NCBI GenBank assembly: GCA_965208105.1
Contig: OZ242318.1
Location: forward strand, 960,001 to 1,024,000
From: Candidatus Latescibacterota bacterium
GTDB lineage: Bacteria; Latescibacterota; UBA2968; UBA8231
Reading direction: 5' to 3'
DNA: 64,000 bases
Shown piece after piece: positions 13,914 through 23,719 of the stretch. The translations under genes and the position numbers were made by a program. The notes below the pieces were generated by a model. It had not been told where the DNA came from. It did no database searches and worked only from the letters and a program-made list of their open reading frames with translations. Within the stretch, counting starts at the first letter, position 1, and each line of letters opens with the position of its first letter.

Positions 13914-15440
13914 TCAGAGGGAAAACGAGAACAGCTTGGCCTGACAGAGCTGGACGCGCACGCAAAGCCGCTTCCCCCTGAGCGCAGCCAGACTGGAGCT
14001 GCCGTTCCAGCGTACGGATGCGCCTGATCCGTCCCCCCGCAGGGGCTCGCACTCGGCGAAGGTAAAACCGGCCAGCGGCTTCACCCTGGCTGCGGGATAG
14101 ATCGCGCGCTCGATCAGCTCTATGCGAATCCACCCGTGGGGTTTGGTTTTGAAGTTGAGCTCCAGGGTCTCCCCCCGACATTCGCGTTCGTGCAGGGTGA
14201 CGCTTCCTTCCACCGGGGCTTCCAGGGCGACCAATCGATCAGGCTGCCAACCCGCCCACCGCATCGTGTATCCCTGGCGCTCCAGCGGAAGCTTCACCTC
14301 GTGCAAGCTGTCGGTCATTGAAACCAGTAGCGCCCACTGATCTCCACCCAGTTCTACCAGGCTCGAGCTGGCATTGATCATTCCGCCTCGGCCGCTGCCC
14401 TCGGGGCCCAAAGGAAGGACCGGCTTTCGCTCGGGCCAGGTCCAGTTCATGCCGTCCCTGCTCACCGCCAGATACAGGTCGACCGTGTCCGTATCCCGAT
14501 GGTAGAGGCTGGGGAACATCAGGTGGAAGCAGCCGCGCCGGTCGTCTACCCCGGTCTCCAGTCGGTATCCATCACCGGGATAGGGGATGTATACGGGATT
14601 GTAGAAATCCACCGTCGGAGGAAACTGAGAGTCCGGCTGCAGTACCACGGACGGCTGCGGCCACTGCCAGAAGTCATCTGTTTCTGCACGGCCGATCACC
14701 CGGCGGCCGCCGAGAACGATGCGGACGTAGCCCACGTACTTCTCCAGGAAATCGTCGTACCGGGCAATCCCGCAACCATCGCTGTGCTCGAGTATGGGTT
14801 TCTCGATTTTGGTCCAGTGCAGGCCGTCGGGAGAAACGGCGGCGGACAGCATCCTGCCGATCCGTGCTTCGGTACCGGAGATCTGGGCGTCGGTGAATCC
14901 CTCGCGGCGCAGCTCGCCAACGAGCTGTTCCACCTTCTTGCTGCCGGTATGGACTTCGCCCCGGTACATGGCGTAGTGTTCCCGGTCGATGAGTTTGTAG
15001 CACTCCCCACCTGCGCCATTGGGATCGCGAAAAACGGCGCCATTGGGAATCGCTCGTGGATAGACGATGCCGTTGTCCTTCGAGCCGTCGTGTTCGAAGA
15101 GCCCGACCCGCGCCGTCTTCCACTCCATGGCATCGTCACTCTCTGCATAAAGCAGCGCCCCCGAAGACCAGTCGTCCATGGCGTAACTGCGGCTGAACCA
15201 CATGCGATAGACGCCCGCCTCGTGCAAGACGGTACCTCCTCCATGTTCGAAGGTCTCCCTGCCGTCTATGCGCAACGGTTCGGAGAGGGCAGGCTCCTGC
15301 AGAACGAGCTGCACGCCCTTCGGCACCTCGCTTCCCCAGGCGGTGCCGTCATCGTTGAAACCGACGGAGCCCGCCCATATTCCATACCAGTCCAGGAACG
15401 GCTCGTGCTCGCAGGGCAGGGTGGTCGTGCGGTCACTCAC
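13914..15440 (-). CDS. Uncharacterised beta-propeller glycoside-hydrolase-like protein, paralog 1 of 7 (subtype A)
   Basis: YAESDDAMEW, SPDGLHW, LAVSRDGMNW. C-terminal LELNF...GWIRIEL...W.G...L..LRG...KLFSF. Confidence 0.7.
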   Translation of the reverse strand: MSDRTTTLPCEHEPFLDWYGIWAGSVGFNDDGTAWGSEVPKGVQLVLQEPALSEPLRIDGRETFEHGGGTVLHEAGVYRMWFSRSYAMDDWSSGALLYAESDDAMEWKTARVGLFEHDGSKDNGIVYPRAIPNGAVFRDPNGAGGECYKLIDREHYAMYRGEVHTGSKKVEQLVGELRREGFTDAQISGTEARIGRMLSAAVSPDGLHWTKIEKPILEHSDGCGIARYDDFLEKYVGYVRIVLGGRRVIGRAETDDFWQWPQPSVVLQPDSQFPPTVDFYNPVYIPYPGDGYRLETGVDDRRGCFHLMFPSLYHRDTDTVDLYLAVSRDGMNWTWPERKPVLPLGPEGSGRGGMINASSSLVELGGDQWALLVSMTDSLHEVKLPLERQGYTMRWAGWQPDRLVALEAPVEGSVTLHERECRGETLELNFKTKPHGWIRIELIERAIYPAARVKPLAGFTFAECEPLRGDGSGASVRWNGSSSLAALRGKRLCVRVQLCQAKLFSFSL

Positions 15441-15577
15441 GTCATCGCCTCCAACTGTGGCGTTATCGCCGGTTGCCAGGTAGAGCTGTCACCTGTGGGT
15501 GTCAAACCTTGCGCTCGGAATGCCTCCAGCCAGCAGAAAGCCATCGCTCTTGGGGGCAGGTCAGATGGCGGCTCGGA

Positions 15578-17755
15578 CTAACCCAGTTCAACCAGAACAA
15601 CCTCGTGCAAATCCACCCGGGGCACCGTGATCTCCGCAGGATCTCCGCTGATATCGAGCTTCTGGTTCTGCAGCGGAAGGCGAGCCGACTTGACCCTGTA
15701 TCCATTCAACGCAATGCGCACATCGTGGATCGGATTGATCTCGTAGAGCGCGTGGTAGGTGGTGTGCAGCTCGTCGTACTCGTTCCGGTCCTGGACCTTC
15801 CAGGGAAGCAGCAACGTCGGATTGTTCACCAGGTGGATCATCAGCTCCCCGGAAGGACGCAACGCGGCCGTCATCTCGATCTGTTCGGGGGCCTCTACGG
15901 CCAGTGGCGCCCGGCTGCGTCCCACGAGCTCAGCGGTCAATCGCCGCAGTGGCGGGTACGGGCTGTTCATGTAAGCCCCACCCACGTCGCCGGCGACGTA
16001 GATGGCTTGTCCCTTGCCGAACGAATTCGAGGTGATCGCCGGTTGACCGGAGTCGTGCTCGGCATCTTCGCTGAAGAAATTGAGCGCCTTTGGATCTTTT
16101 ATGGTGCTCCTGCTGCAGAGGATGTCGGTATGGCCGGCGGCGGTGACTTCCGCATCTTGCCCGTAGAAGCAAACGATCTCGCCCAGCCGCGCGGTCAAGC
16201 GGTCGTCGTGAGGAATGTAGATGACCGGATGGTCTTCGCCGCCGGCGGTCACCCCCTGATACTCGACCCCCATAACATCGGCGAGAGCGAACTGCCCGCG
16301 CTCCTCACCCCATTCGTCCAGCAGCGAGGTCTGGTGCGTCGCGATCAGTGTGCCGCCCTGGTCTACGAAGTCTCGAATCGCGTCGCAGTGGGCATCCGCC
16401 AGGCAGACGCTGTTGGCGAGGAAGAGAACCCGGTACTGCGACAATCGCTCCCCCGTGAGGTGCTCGTCGAGCGCGATGTCCAGCACCACCTGGGCCCTGT
16501 TGAGCATCTCGTAAACACCGTACATATCCGGCTGGCCCAGCTGATGGAAATGCACCTTGCCGGTGTTCTTTGGCATTTCCGACGGCTTGAAGTCGCGATT
16601 CATCTGGGAATAATGCAGCGCCACGTCTTTGACCGTATCGCCCTCGATGTAATCGACCCGCTTCTTGAGCTCGGTGAAGAGGTGCTTGATGGTGTCCTTC
16701 CCAAAGTGGGAGGCGTCTCCCAGGGGGGCGCCGCATGGCGTGCCGCCATTGGCCACCGAGGCAAAGCCGCAGACCGCCGCCGAGTAGACCTCGGCCTGCG
16801 GCGCCCTGCCGAACCCCTTGAGGGTTTGAGTAAGGTTGCGAAAGATGGAGAACGGGGTTCCGGTGGAGCGCAGCACCTTGGCGACGAAACCAGGTTCCCG
16901 CAGGGACCGGAAGGTCTCGACGAAGAAATGACCGCCCACTTCTTCCAATCGATACGAGCTGATCGGGTGCCCATCGGACCAGTCGGTTTGCGGACGTATG
17001 TAGGAATTCAGGTCCAGGACGGCATCCGGGTGTTTCTCATGGACTGCCGCGAACAGATGATGCATGAAGTCGATCATCTTCTCGTAACGCCAGTTGACGA
17101 AACGCCGGAAAGTCATGGAGTCGAAGTCGACCTTGCGCGGGATCTCCAATCCTGTTTCTGTGCGGAAGAGTTCTTCACAGTAAGAACAGCAGCAGGAGGG
17201 CGACCACGGCCGGTCCTCGTGGGTGCCGCAGTTGGTGTCGTCGAAGTAGAAACCGTCCAGGTCCAGGTTGTCCATGAACTCGATCAAATAGGCCGGCAGC
17301 CAGTCCCTGTACGGCGAGTTGAAGCAGAACCAGCCCAGGTTCTCCGGTTTCGGCCGGCCATCATCGAGAAACTGCATTTTCCACTCCGGGTGAAGCGGCA
17401 GCAACGGTTTCGTGTAGATGATCGGGTAATAGCTCAGCGCAATGATCCCCTTTTCGTGGACGCGCTCGAGAAAAAGCGGCAGGAGATCGTTGTCCACGTT
17501 CGGATGGGGAGGCAGCATCCTGGAGCGGAAGCGCGGGGTCCCGCGGTTGAACTCACCACCGACGATACAAACCTCGTACCCGGCATCACTTATGGCATCC
17601 ACGTACTCATCGACCGCGGGGTCGGGAAAGAACTGGTCCGGCATCGAGGGTTCCGGATAGTTCATCCACAACCGCTTCCCTCCCTCCACGCGGCATACAC
17701 GCCGCTCGTACGGCAGTTCAGCCAATCTCTGGGCCGTGCTTCCCACTCGTTTCAA
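15578..17755 (-). CDS. Putative glycoside hydrolase: TIM barrel (GHL6/GH42-like) plus GATase-like trimerisation domain
   Basis: HPEWK, CFNSPYR, LDGFYFD, CCCSYC metal cluster, L.QYRVLFLANSVCL...FVDQGGTLIATHQTSLLDE. TTG start with GAGGAGG RBS. Confidence 0.75.
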   Translation of the reverse strand: MKRVGSTAQRLAELPYERRVCRVEGGKRLWMNYPEPSMPDQFFPDPAVDEYVDAISDAGYEVCIVGGEFNRGTPRFRSRMLPPHPNVDNDLLPLFLERVHEKGIIALSYYPIIYTKPLLPLHPEWKMQFLDDGRPKPENLGWFCFNSPYRDWLPAYLIEFMDNLDLDGFYFDDTNCGTHEDRPWSPSCCCSYCEELFRTETGLEIPRKVDFDSMTFRRFVNWRYEKMIDFMHHLFAAVHEKHPDAVLDLNSYIRPQTDWSDGHPISSYRLEEVGGHFFVETFRSLREPGFVAKVLRSTGTPFSIFRNLTQTLKGFGRAPQAEVYSAAVCGFASVANGGTPCGAPLGDASHFGKDTIKHLFTELKKRVDYIEGDTVKDVALHYSQMNRDFKPSEMPKNTGKVHFHQLGQPDMYGVYEMLNRAQVVLDIALDEHLTGERLSQYRVLFLANSVCLADAHCDAIRDFVDQGGTLIATHQTSLLDEWGEERGQFALADVMGVEYQGVTAGGEDHPVIYIPHDDRLTARLGEIVCFYGQDAEVTAAGHTDILCSRSTIKDPKALNFFSEDAEHDSGQPAITSNSFGKGQAIYVAGDVGGAYMNSPYPPLRRLTAELVGRSRAPLAVEAPEQIEMTAALRPSGELMIHLVNNPTLLLPWKVQDRNEYDELHTTYHALYEINPIHDVRIALNGYRVKSARLPLQNQKLDISGDPAEITVPRVDLHEVVLVELG

Positions 17756-17904
17756 TCCTGGTCCCTCCTCTTCTGTTCAGTCTTTGCGGACCTCGAGTCC
17801 ATCATATCGTCGATCGCTGAAGCTGGTTCGGCCCGGTCCTTTGGGGGCGCTTGGGTCAGTCACGGTTCACAACTCCAGTTTGGGGCCACGGCCATGCGTT
17901 GCCG

Positions 17905-18162
17905 GAGACGCAAGGGTACTCGGGTCAGGTCGGCTGGTCAAGGTCAGTCGACGCCGTGTTGATCTGCTCAGCCCACGACACCCACGCGGAACTGGCGCTC
18001 CAGGCGTGCGCCGCCGGCCCCCTGGGCGGCAACGGCATCCAGGACGCGGCCGGGTACAACCTACACTGGATCTGGCACGTGATGCGGTCCCAACCGGTGG
18101 AGGTCACCGCACTGGAGTACGACGGCCAGCTGCCGGCGAGCATCGAACGCTTCGGCGATTGA
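17905..18162 (+). pseudogene. Internally deleted Gfo/Idh/MocA oxidoreductase relic
   Basis: VDAVLICSAHDTHAELALQACAAG (N-domain, stops just before the KHV/EKP motif) is fused directly to PLGGNGIQDAAGYNLHWIWHVM..QPVEVTA (C-domain-like). Confidence 0.6.
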
Positions 18163-18305
18163 GGAAACGGTTGCGCTTGTAAGCACAAGTGGCTGAGTCT
18201 GATCGTGGAAAATCGGTGCTGGCGATCGGTCTGGGGTCGATCGCGACGTGCCTTACGCCACGGTGACCCACCTCCTACAAATGACGGCACGAACATGATA
18301 GCTGC

Positions 18306-19811
18306 TCAGCCGGCGAACCAGAAAGAGTAAAGTTCCGCCCTGAGTAGCGAAAAGCGCAGGCGCACTGTCCGTCCGCGCAGCTCGGAGAGATCCGCCCTGT
18401 CCTTCCACCTCTGCATCTGGTCGATGCTGTCCATCACCGCCGGGATGCTCTCGTCCCTTGTATATCCTGTGATCGGCCGTCCGTCCTCAGCGTCCAACAC
18501 CTCTGCGATTACCCTGCCGCGCCACGAGTCCACATTGATGTGCAGCTCGCTGCCCACCACCTGGATCGGCTTGGTCAACACCGATCCCCATTCAATCCCT
18601 CCCTTGAGCGACACGAAGCCGTCGACCCGCAGCTTGGCCAACGCCACGGCGTGAGTGTCGAGATTCTTACGGGCCATCAGGTCGACAAAGGACTTGCAGC
18701 GGGAGCGTGCCCCCATATAGTAGAACCACAGCTCGTTGTTGCGTCTGACAGGCCCATTCGCAATCACGATCTGCCCGGTATCGTAGGCGCTGCGGTCCCC
18801 CACCGGGGACAGTTCCATAAACGGCGCCCGGTCACACACCCGGTCCCACTGCCGCAGATCCCGGCTCGAGACCAGCTCCACCGACTTGCGGCTGTCGACG
18901 TTTTCGTACATCGGTGGGTGCTTCCCCGACCAGTGGTGCATCACCGGCATCCCCAGATAGAGTCCTTCGTAGGGGAATACGGGAAAGTTGTAGACATCCG
19001 TACACCACTCCTCCGGCCGGTTGTAGACCGGGGTGAGATAATCGGGATCCTCGATGAATCTGCTCATCCGCTCTTCCCCGTTTTCCTGGTCGATCTGGTC
19101 GGCGTGGAAGACGAGTTCGATATCGCTCCAGTTCTCAAAGTCTTCGCTGGTGCTCAAGCAAAAGGCCCGACCATAAGGCGACCTGCCGTCAGGCCCGGCA
19201 TGCTTGACCGTGGCGATGAAGAGCCTCTTCTCCTCATCGTAGGTCAGGTGCGCCTCGTCTGAGCTTGGAATCGGCGGTATGTCGAGAATTTCCCAGTGCA
19301 GACAGTCCGCCGAGACCGCCGGCGGCCCCAGCCCCATACCTTTGTAGCGGCGCTGCGGATCGGGATCGTGCGGGTCGTATATCGGTCCCAGCGGCACGCC
19401 CGTGGGCACGATGTTGTTCTCCCTACCCACCTTCGGCTCCCGGCGACCGACCAGCTCGTTGTAGTCGCACAGGCCCAGCACCGGCTTTTCCCAGTTCACC
19501 CCGTCTTCCGAAGTGGCCAGGCAAACAAAGGTCCGGCCGCCCATCGGCGCGCCCGTAACATCGAGCCTGACTTCCCGATCCCAAGATGACTCCATGGCGT
19601 AGTAGAGTACCTTGAATACGCCCTCGTCCGGTACCCAGGCGGGTGTCGTCCACAGCATGAGGCCGCTGTTCTCCCAGCAATTTTCGGCTCGCAGCACGAC
19701 ATTCTTTTTGAACTTCTGCGGCCGGTGCAGCTTGCGTGCCAGGTTGTCGACTTCTTCCAGGTCTTGGTCGTCGATGAAAAGCTTTTTCACGATGACCTCC
19801 CTATTTGTCAC
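18306..19811 (-). CDS. Beta-propeller glycoside-hydrolase-like protein, paralog 2 (subtype B)
   Basis: KLFIDD, ATSEDGVNWEKPVLGL, DPQRRYKG, SSRDLRQW, LRVDGFVS, C-terminal LRFSLLRAELYSF. Confidence 0.75.
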   Translation of the reverse strand: MTNREVIVKKLFIDDQDLEEVDNLARKLHRPQKFKKNVVLRAENCWENSGLMLWTTPAWVPDEGVFKVLYYAMESSWDREVRLDVTGAPMGGRTFVCLATSEDGVNWEKPVLGLCDYNELVGRREPKVGRENNIVPTGVPLGPIYDPHDPDPQRRYKGMGLGPPAVSADCLHWEILDIPPIPSSDEAHLTYDEEKRLFIATVKHAGPDGRSPYGRAFCLSTSEDFENWSDIELVFHADQIDQENGEERMSRFIEDPDYLTPVYNRPEEWCTDVYNFPVFPYEGLYLGMPVMHHWSGKHPPMYENVDSRKSVELVSSRDLRQWDRVCDRAPFMELSPVGDRSAYDTGQIVIANGPVRRNNELWFYYMGARSRCKSFVDLMARKNLDTHAVALAKLRVDGFVSLKGGIEWGSVLTKPIQVVGSELHINVDSWRGRVIAEVLDAEDGRPITGYTRDESIPAVMDSIDQMQRWKDRADLSELRGRTVRLRFSLLRAELYSFWFAG

Positions 19812-19832
19812 ACGATCTCTGCCGATAGAGGT

Positions 19833-21416
19833 TTACACCTTGTAGGCGAACAGTTTTGCCTGGAACATCCTCACGCGAATCGAAACCGATTCGCCGATCG
19901 ACGTGATATCGCTTCTACCGTTCCAGGTTACAACACAATCTGACTCGTCCCCCATCAAGCGATCGCACTCCGCAAAGGTGAATCCGGTGGCCGGCTCCAC
20001 ATCCGGTTGAATCCTGGAGGGCGTCTCCGAAAGGAGCTCGACGGCGATCCAGCCTCCGGGCGCGCAGCGATAGTTCAACCGCAGCTGGTCCCCCCGTCGG
20101 TAGATGGTAGGTATGGTGAACCGCCCTTCCCCATCGGCTTCGATCCCGCAAAACCGGTGTGGATGCCAGAGGGCATAACGGATCTGTATCTTGCGCTTAT
20201 GGGGGAACAGATAGCCCGGGTATTTTTCGCGCGCGTTGTGCAACTGCGACATCCCCATATAAGGAACTGCCCACTTCCCGTCCGGCAACTCCACGAGACC
20301 ACTGCGCCACGTATGCACCTGACAGTCTTCGCCGCTGCCAGGGGCGCCCACGGTGTGTAGGGCACGACGCTCCGGACGTGTCCAGAACAAGCCGTCGCGA
20401 CTGAAGGCGATCTGAGTGTCGACGTGGCCCAGCCCCCGGTGAAAGACCGAGACAGTCATGGCGTGGAGGTCGGTTCGTCCCGGATAAAGGAAGTAGTTGC
20501 CGCCGTAGAAATCGATGTCCAGATCATCCTGGGCATCTGGTGCCAGAATCAGCTTCGGAGCCGGCCAGCGGCGGAACACCTTCGTGCATGAAAAGGCGAT
20601 GGTTCGGCGTTGGGTCTCCTCCTCGATGCTCGCGGTTCCGATGCCCTTTAGCGCCTCCGCTGGGAAACCCATGATCTGCTGATAGCAGAAGTACTGCTCC
20701 GTCGCCTCGTCGTAACGCGCCGAGATGCCGCCGTTCACGGGCCGATCTCCAAGAGATTCCGGCAGTGGCTCCCAACGCAGCCCGTCCGGAGACGTCCAAG
20801 CGAGCATCCGTCCCCAGGTCTCCGCCCGCGGGCCTTTGTAGTCTTTCCCTTCGTATGCCTGGGCATCGTTGCGCCTGCGCGCTTCTTCCGCCTCCAGTCT
20901 TTCGCAGGTAGCCGGATCGTACCAGGCCATGTCCCCACCCATCGCTTTGAAGCGCTCCTCGGGCGGGCAGTGAGGATCGATGAAAACGCCGCTGGCGCCA
21001 ACGATACCCCGCTCGAGAATGTTGTTGGCCGTGGATCCTTCGAAGGCCACCTCCCCCAGTTCCGGTCGCCGCCATCGGTAACCGTCGTCGCTGTTGGCGT
21101 AACAGGTTCCGCTTTCGCATTCGTAGAGCATCCGGTAGCCGTCGTCCGCCTGCCAAATGAACAGCGGGGCAACCGCGTCGATCTCCTCCCAGGGCATCTC
21201 GGCCTCCAGTAGCGGCTGTGAACGGTCTGCCAGCTCCACCCGGAGCGCAACACCGACAGCGGCGTCGAACAGGTCGAACACTCCCTTCCGATCCGTGCTT
21301 CGGTGCCCTGCATATATTTCAGTGAGATCCACGAGCGGATTCCACAATCCGCAGTTGCGCCTAATCCGTGGGGACCGCTTTTGCGGTTGGGTGAAAGGCG
21401 AGGGCTCTTTTGTCAT
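19833..21416 (-). CDS. Beta-propeller glycoside-hydrolase-like protein, paralog 3 (subtype A)
   Basis: YANSDDGYRWRRPELGEVAFEGSTANNI, SPDGLRW, QIAFSRDGLFW, LRLNY..GGWIAVEL. ATG at 21416 with GGAGGAG RBS. Confidence 0.75.
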   Translation of the reverse strand: MTKEPSPFTQPQKRSPRIRRNCGLWNPLVDLTEIYAGHRSTDRKGVFDLFDAAVGVALRVELADRSQPLLEAEMPWEEIDAVAPLFIWQADDGYRMLYECESGTCYANSDDGYRWRRPELGEVAFEGSTANNILERGIVGASGVFIDPHCPPEERFKAMGGDMAWYDPATCERLEAEEARRRNDAQAYEGKDYKGPRAETWGRMLAWTSPDGLRWEPLPESLGDRPVNGGISARYDEATEQYFCYQQIMGFPAEALKGIGTASIEEETQRRTIAFSCTKVFRRWPAPKLILAPDAQDDLDIDFYGGNYFLYPGRTDLHAMTVSVFHRGLGHVDTQIAFSRDGLFWTRPERRALHTVGAPGSGEDCQVHTWRSGLVELPDGKWAVPYMGMSQLHNAREKYPGYLFPHKRKIQIRYALWHPHRFCGIEADGEGRFTIPTIYRRGDQLRLNYRCAPGGWIAVELLSETPSRIQPDVEPATGFTFAECDRLMGDESDCVVTWNGRSDITSIGESVSIRVRMFQAKLFAYKV

Positions 21417-21593
21417 GACGTACGAAGCTCCTCCGGAGTCAGGTACTCGAAACAGTAGATCACAGCCGCTCCAGGATCTCCACCACTTTGGCCTCGAATA
21501 GGGGTTGCGATTCGGGGCCAAAAAGCAGTCGCGACTTCACCAACTTGATGCCCATGCTTCTTCCACGGCTCGGACCGTCCGTTCCTCTATTAT

Positions 21594-21624
21594 AAGGATA
21601 GGGCGAATAAAACGCCTTATCCTT
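21594..21624. promoter_or_regulatory. 12-7-12 inverted repeat (operator or hairpin)
   Basis: AAGGATAGGGCG-aataaaa-CGCCTTATCCTT, 11 of 12 positions paired. Confidence 0.5.
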
Positions 21625-21713
21625 TAGGCGACGGCGACAATGTCGGCCGCTACCACAAGGCTCTTGCTTGCTCCACTACGGCTCGCGTAGTATGTTTTTG
21701 CCGTGATACGGCC

Positions 21714-21960
21714 ATGGGGCACTTCCGCCTCCGATCTCACATCCCGGCCGGCTTCTCCGGCGCGAGATGAAATCCCGCGGCCTGAGCGCCAACCGACCGG
21801 CGTTGAGCCTCGGGGTCCCTTCGGGTCGGATTACTGACATCATGAATGGGCGACGTTCGATTACCGCAGACACCGCCCTGCGACTCGGTCACTATTTCGG
21901 CAACAATGCTCAATTCTGGCTCGATCTACAGAGCCAGTACGTCATCGCAACAACTGTTAC
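21714..21960 (+). pseudogene. higA: HigA/VapI antitoxin relic
   Basis: ISHPGRLLRREMKSRGLSANRPALSLGVPSGRITDIMNGRRSITADTALRLGHYFGNNAQFWLDLQSQY. ATG at 21714 is out of frame, the native stop is lost and no higB lies upstream. Confidence 0.8.
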
Positions 21961-21986
21961 ACTGACCTCTCGGGATGGAGATTATA

Positions 21987-23633
21987 ATGGACGCGGAACG
22001 ACAGAAAGCTCGATGGCGGCGACGCCGGATCATCTACAACAACGATGGCGACGACGCCCTGGAAGCCCGTTCCGGTGTAGAGTTCGAGCACGATGTGGCG
22101 GAATCCCTGATGGTGCGCTCTTCCGGAGATCTGGCTCAGGATTTTCTCGATGCCCGCAGCACACCCCTGATCGGCTCCCAGGTAGACAGCAACTGGTTCG
22201 CCAGCGCCATGGCCGGTTTGACCTTTTCCCATCACACAAGGCTCGGCGGTTTCTACGGCAAGGAGGTTCCGTTGGAGCTGGTGGAGAAGTACGGGCGCGA
22301 TGCCCTCGAGATTCAGCTGGACTTCAGCCACGAGCACGGAATGGAAGCGGTATGGTGCCTGCGCATGAACGACGTGCACGATTCCCATCCGATGGGAAGC
22401 CGCCGTTGGAACTACGGTCTGGCGAAATTCAAGCGCGAGAATCCGCAGTACATGATGGGCAAGGAGGGCGACTGGGAGAAGTACGAGAAACAGAACGAAG
22501 TGCTGAAGTGGTGGACGCGATTGGATTTCTCGTTTGAAGAGGTGCGGGACCACATCTTCGGCGTCATCGAGGAAGTCGCGCTCAATTATGACGTCGACCT
22601 GATCGGCATGGAGTTCTTCAAGTACTGGCCGTTCTTCCGCGAGTCGCGTGACGGAGATCCGGTCACCCCGGAGCATCTGGAGACCATGAACGATCTCATG
22701 CGTCGTATCCGCAGCATGGCCGACGAGGTCGGCAAACGGCGCGGTCGTCCGCTACTGTTGTCGGCGCAGACGCCGTTCAGCCTGGAAGACTGCATTCACG
22801 TTGGCTTGGATCTCGAAACCTGGCTCAAGGAAGATTTGATCGACCAGTTCTGTCCGGGCGGCGGCAAAGAATCGGTCTTCCGTGACTCCTACACCGAAAT
22901 CGTAGCATTGGGGCACAAGTACGAGGTCCCGGTTTACCCCTGCATCATGTATTCATTTTGGGGTCACTGGGTGTTCCTCGATCACAGTGAAGGCAGGTTC
23001 CGACATTTCCCTGATTGGTTAGAAACCCTCTATGGCGGACAACCCGACCGCAAGGGTAAACCGTCGTACATACTCGTATTCAATGCGTGGGAGGGAGTCT
23101 TTCCCGCATGGCGCGGCGCTGCCATGAACCTGTTTGACGCCGGCGCCGACGGCCTCTACATTTTCAATCCCGCCCTTGGAGAACCGCGCTGGTGGTTCGA
23201 GATTGGCGAAGTCGAAACGATGGCGGGAAAGGACCGCATCTACGGTATCGACTGTTTCGAAGGTCGCGACAGCTTCAGTTCGACCTCGGAGGTTGAGCTG
23301 GAGCTCGATGCCGCCGTTGCGACCACATTTCAAGTGGGTGAGGATGTGAGCGCAGCGGGTGCCCGAAACATCGACTTGCGCATCCACCTGTGGAACCACG
23401 TCCCCGGTGACGGCGTCACTGTCAACCTGAATGGATCACCGATCGACGGTCTGGCTCCCGCTGATCCGGGAAGAGATCCGTCAAAGGGTCAGTGGCTCCA
23501 GGGCGACCTGAACGCTGGGCTGGTTGCGCGGGGCAGGAACGTGCTGGAGGTGACGGCGAGGAAGCGGGGTGCGTCGGCGTCGGCCACACTGGCCATGGAT
23601 TCGGCGCAAATAAGAGTGCGCTGCGAATCCTGA
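21987..23633 (+). CDS. TIM-barrel glycoside-hydrolase-like protein (GHL10-like), paralog 1
   Basis: MDAERQKARWRRRRIIYNNDG, CLRMNDVHD, LDFSFEEVR, YDVDLIGMEF, GADGLYIFN, beta-sandwich C-terminus. Confidence 0.7.
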   Translation: MDAERQKARWRRRRIIYNNDGDDALEARSGVEFEHDVAESLMVRSSGDLAQDFLDARSTPLIGSQVDSNWFASAMAGLTFSHHTRLGGFYGKEVPLELVEKYGRDALEIQLDFSHEHGMEAVWCLRMNDVHDSHPMGSRRWNYGLAKFKRENPQYMMGKEGDWEKYEKQNEVLKWWTRLDFSFEEVRDHIFGVIEEVALNYDVDLIGMEFFKYWPFFRESRDGDPVTPEHLETMNDLMRRIRSMADEVGKRRGRPLLLSAQTPFSLEDCIHVGLDLETWLKEDLIDQFCPGGGKESVFRDSYTEIVALGHKYEVPVYPCIMYSFWGHWVFLDHSEGRFRHFPDWLETLYGGQPDRKGKPSYILVFNAWEGVFPAWRGAAMNLFDAGADGLYIFNPALGEPRWWFEIGEVETMAGKDRIYGIDCFEGRDSFSSTSEVELELDAAVATTFQVGEDVSAAGARNIDLRIHLWNHVPGDGVTVNLNGSPIDGLAPADPGRDPSKGQWLQGDLNAGLVARGRNVLEVTARKRGASASATLAMDSAQIRVRCES

Positions 23634-23719
23634 CGTTTGGAAATCCGAATTTGGGAATCATGCTTCCACTCACCAGTGGCCATCCGCCTGCCAGACTTAG
23701 AATAACCTAGACAGGGACA

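Noticed and set aside
21987-22040. Tat signal in the RRRR run of the TIM-barrel proteins
   Set aside because: No hydrophobic region follows, and the arginines precede the first barrel strand (IIYNNDG).
21767-22537. 256-aa HigA fusion protein
   Set aside because: Read-through of a higA relic that lost its stop into an alternative frame of the downstream gene.
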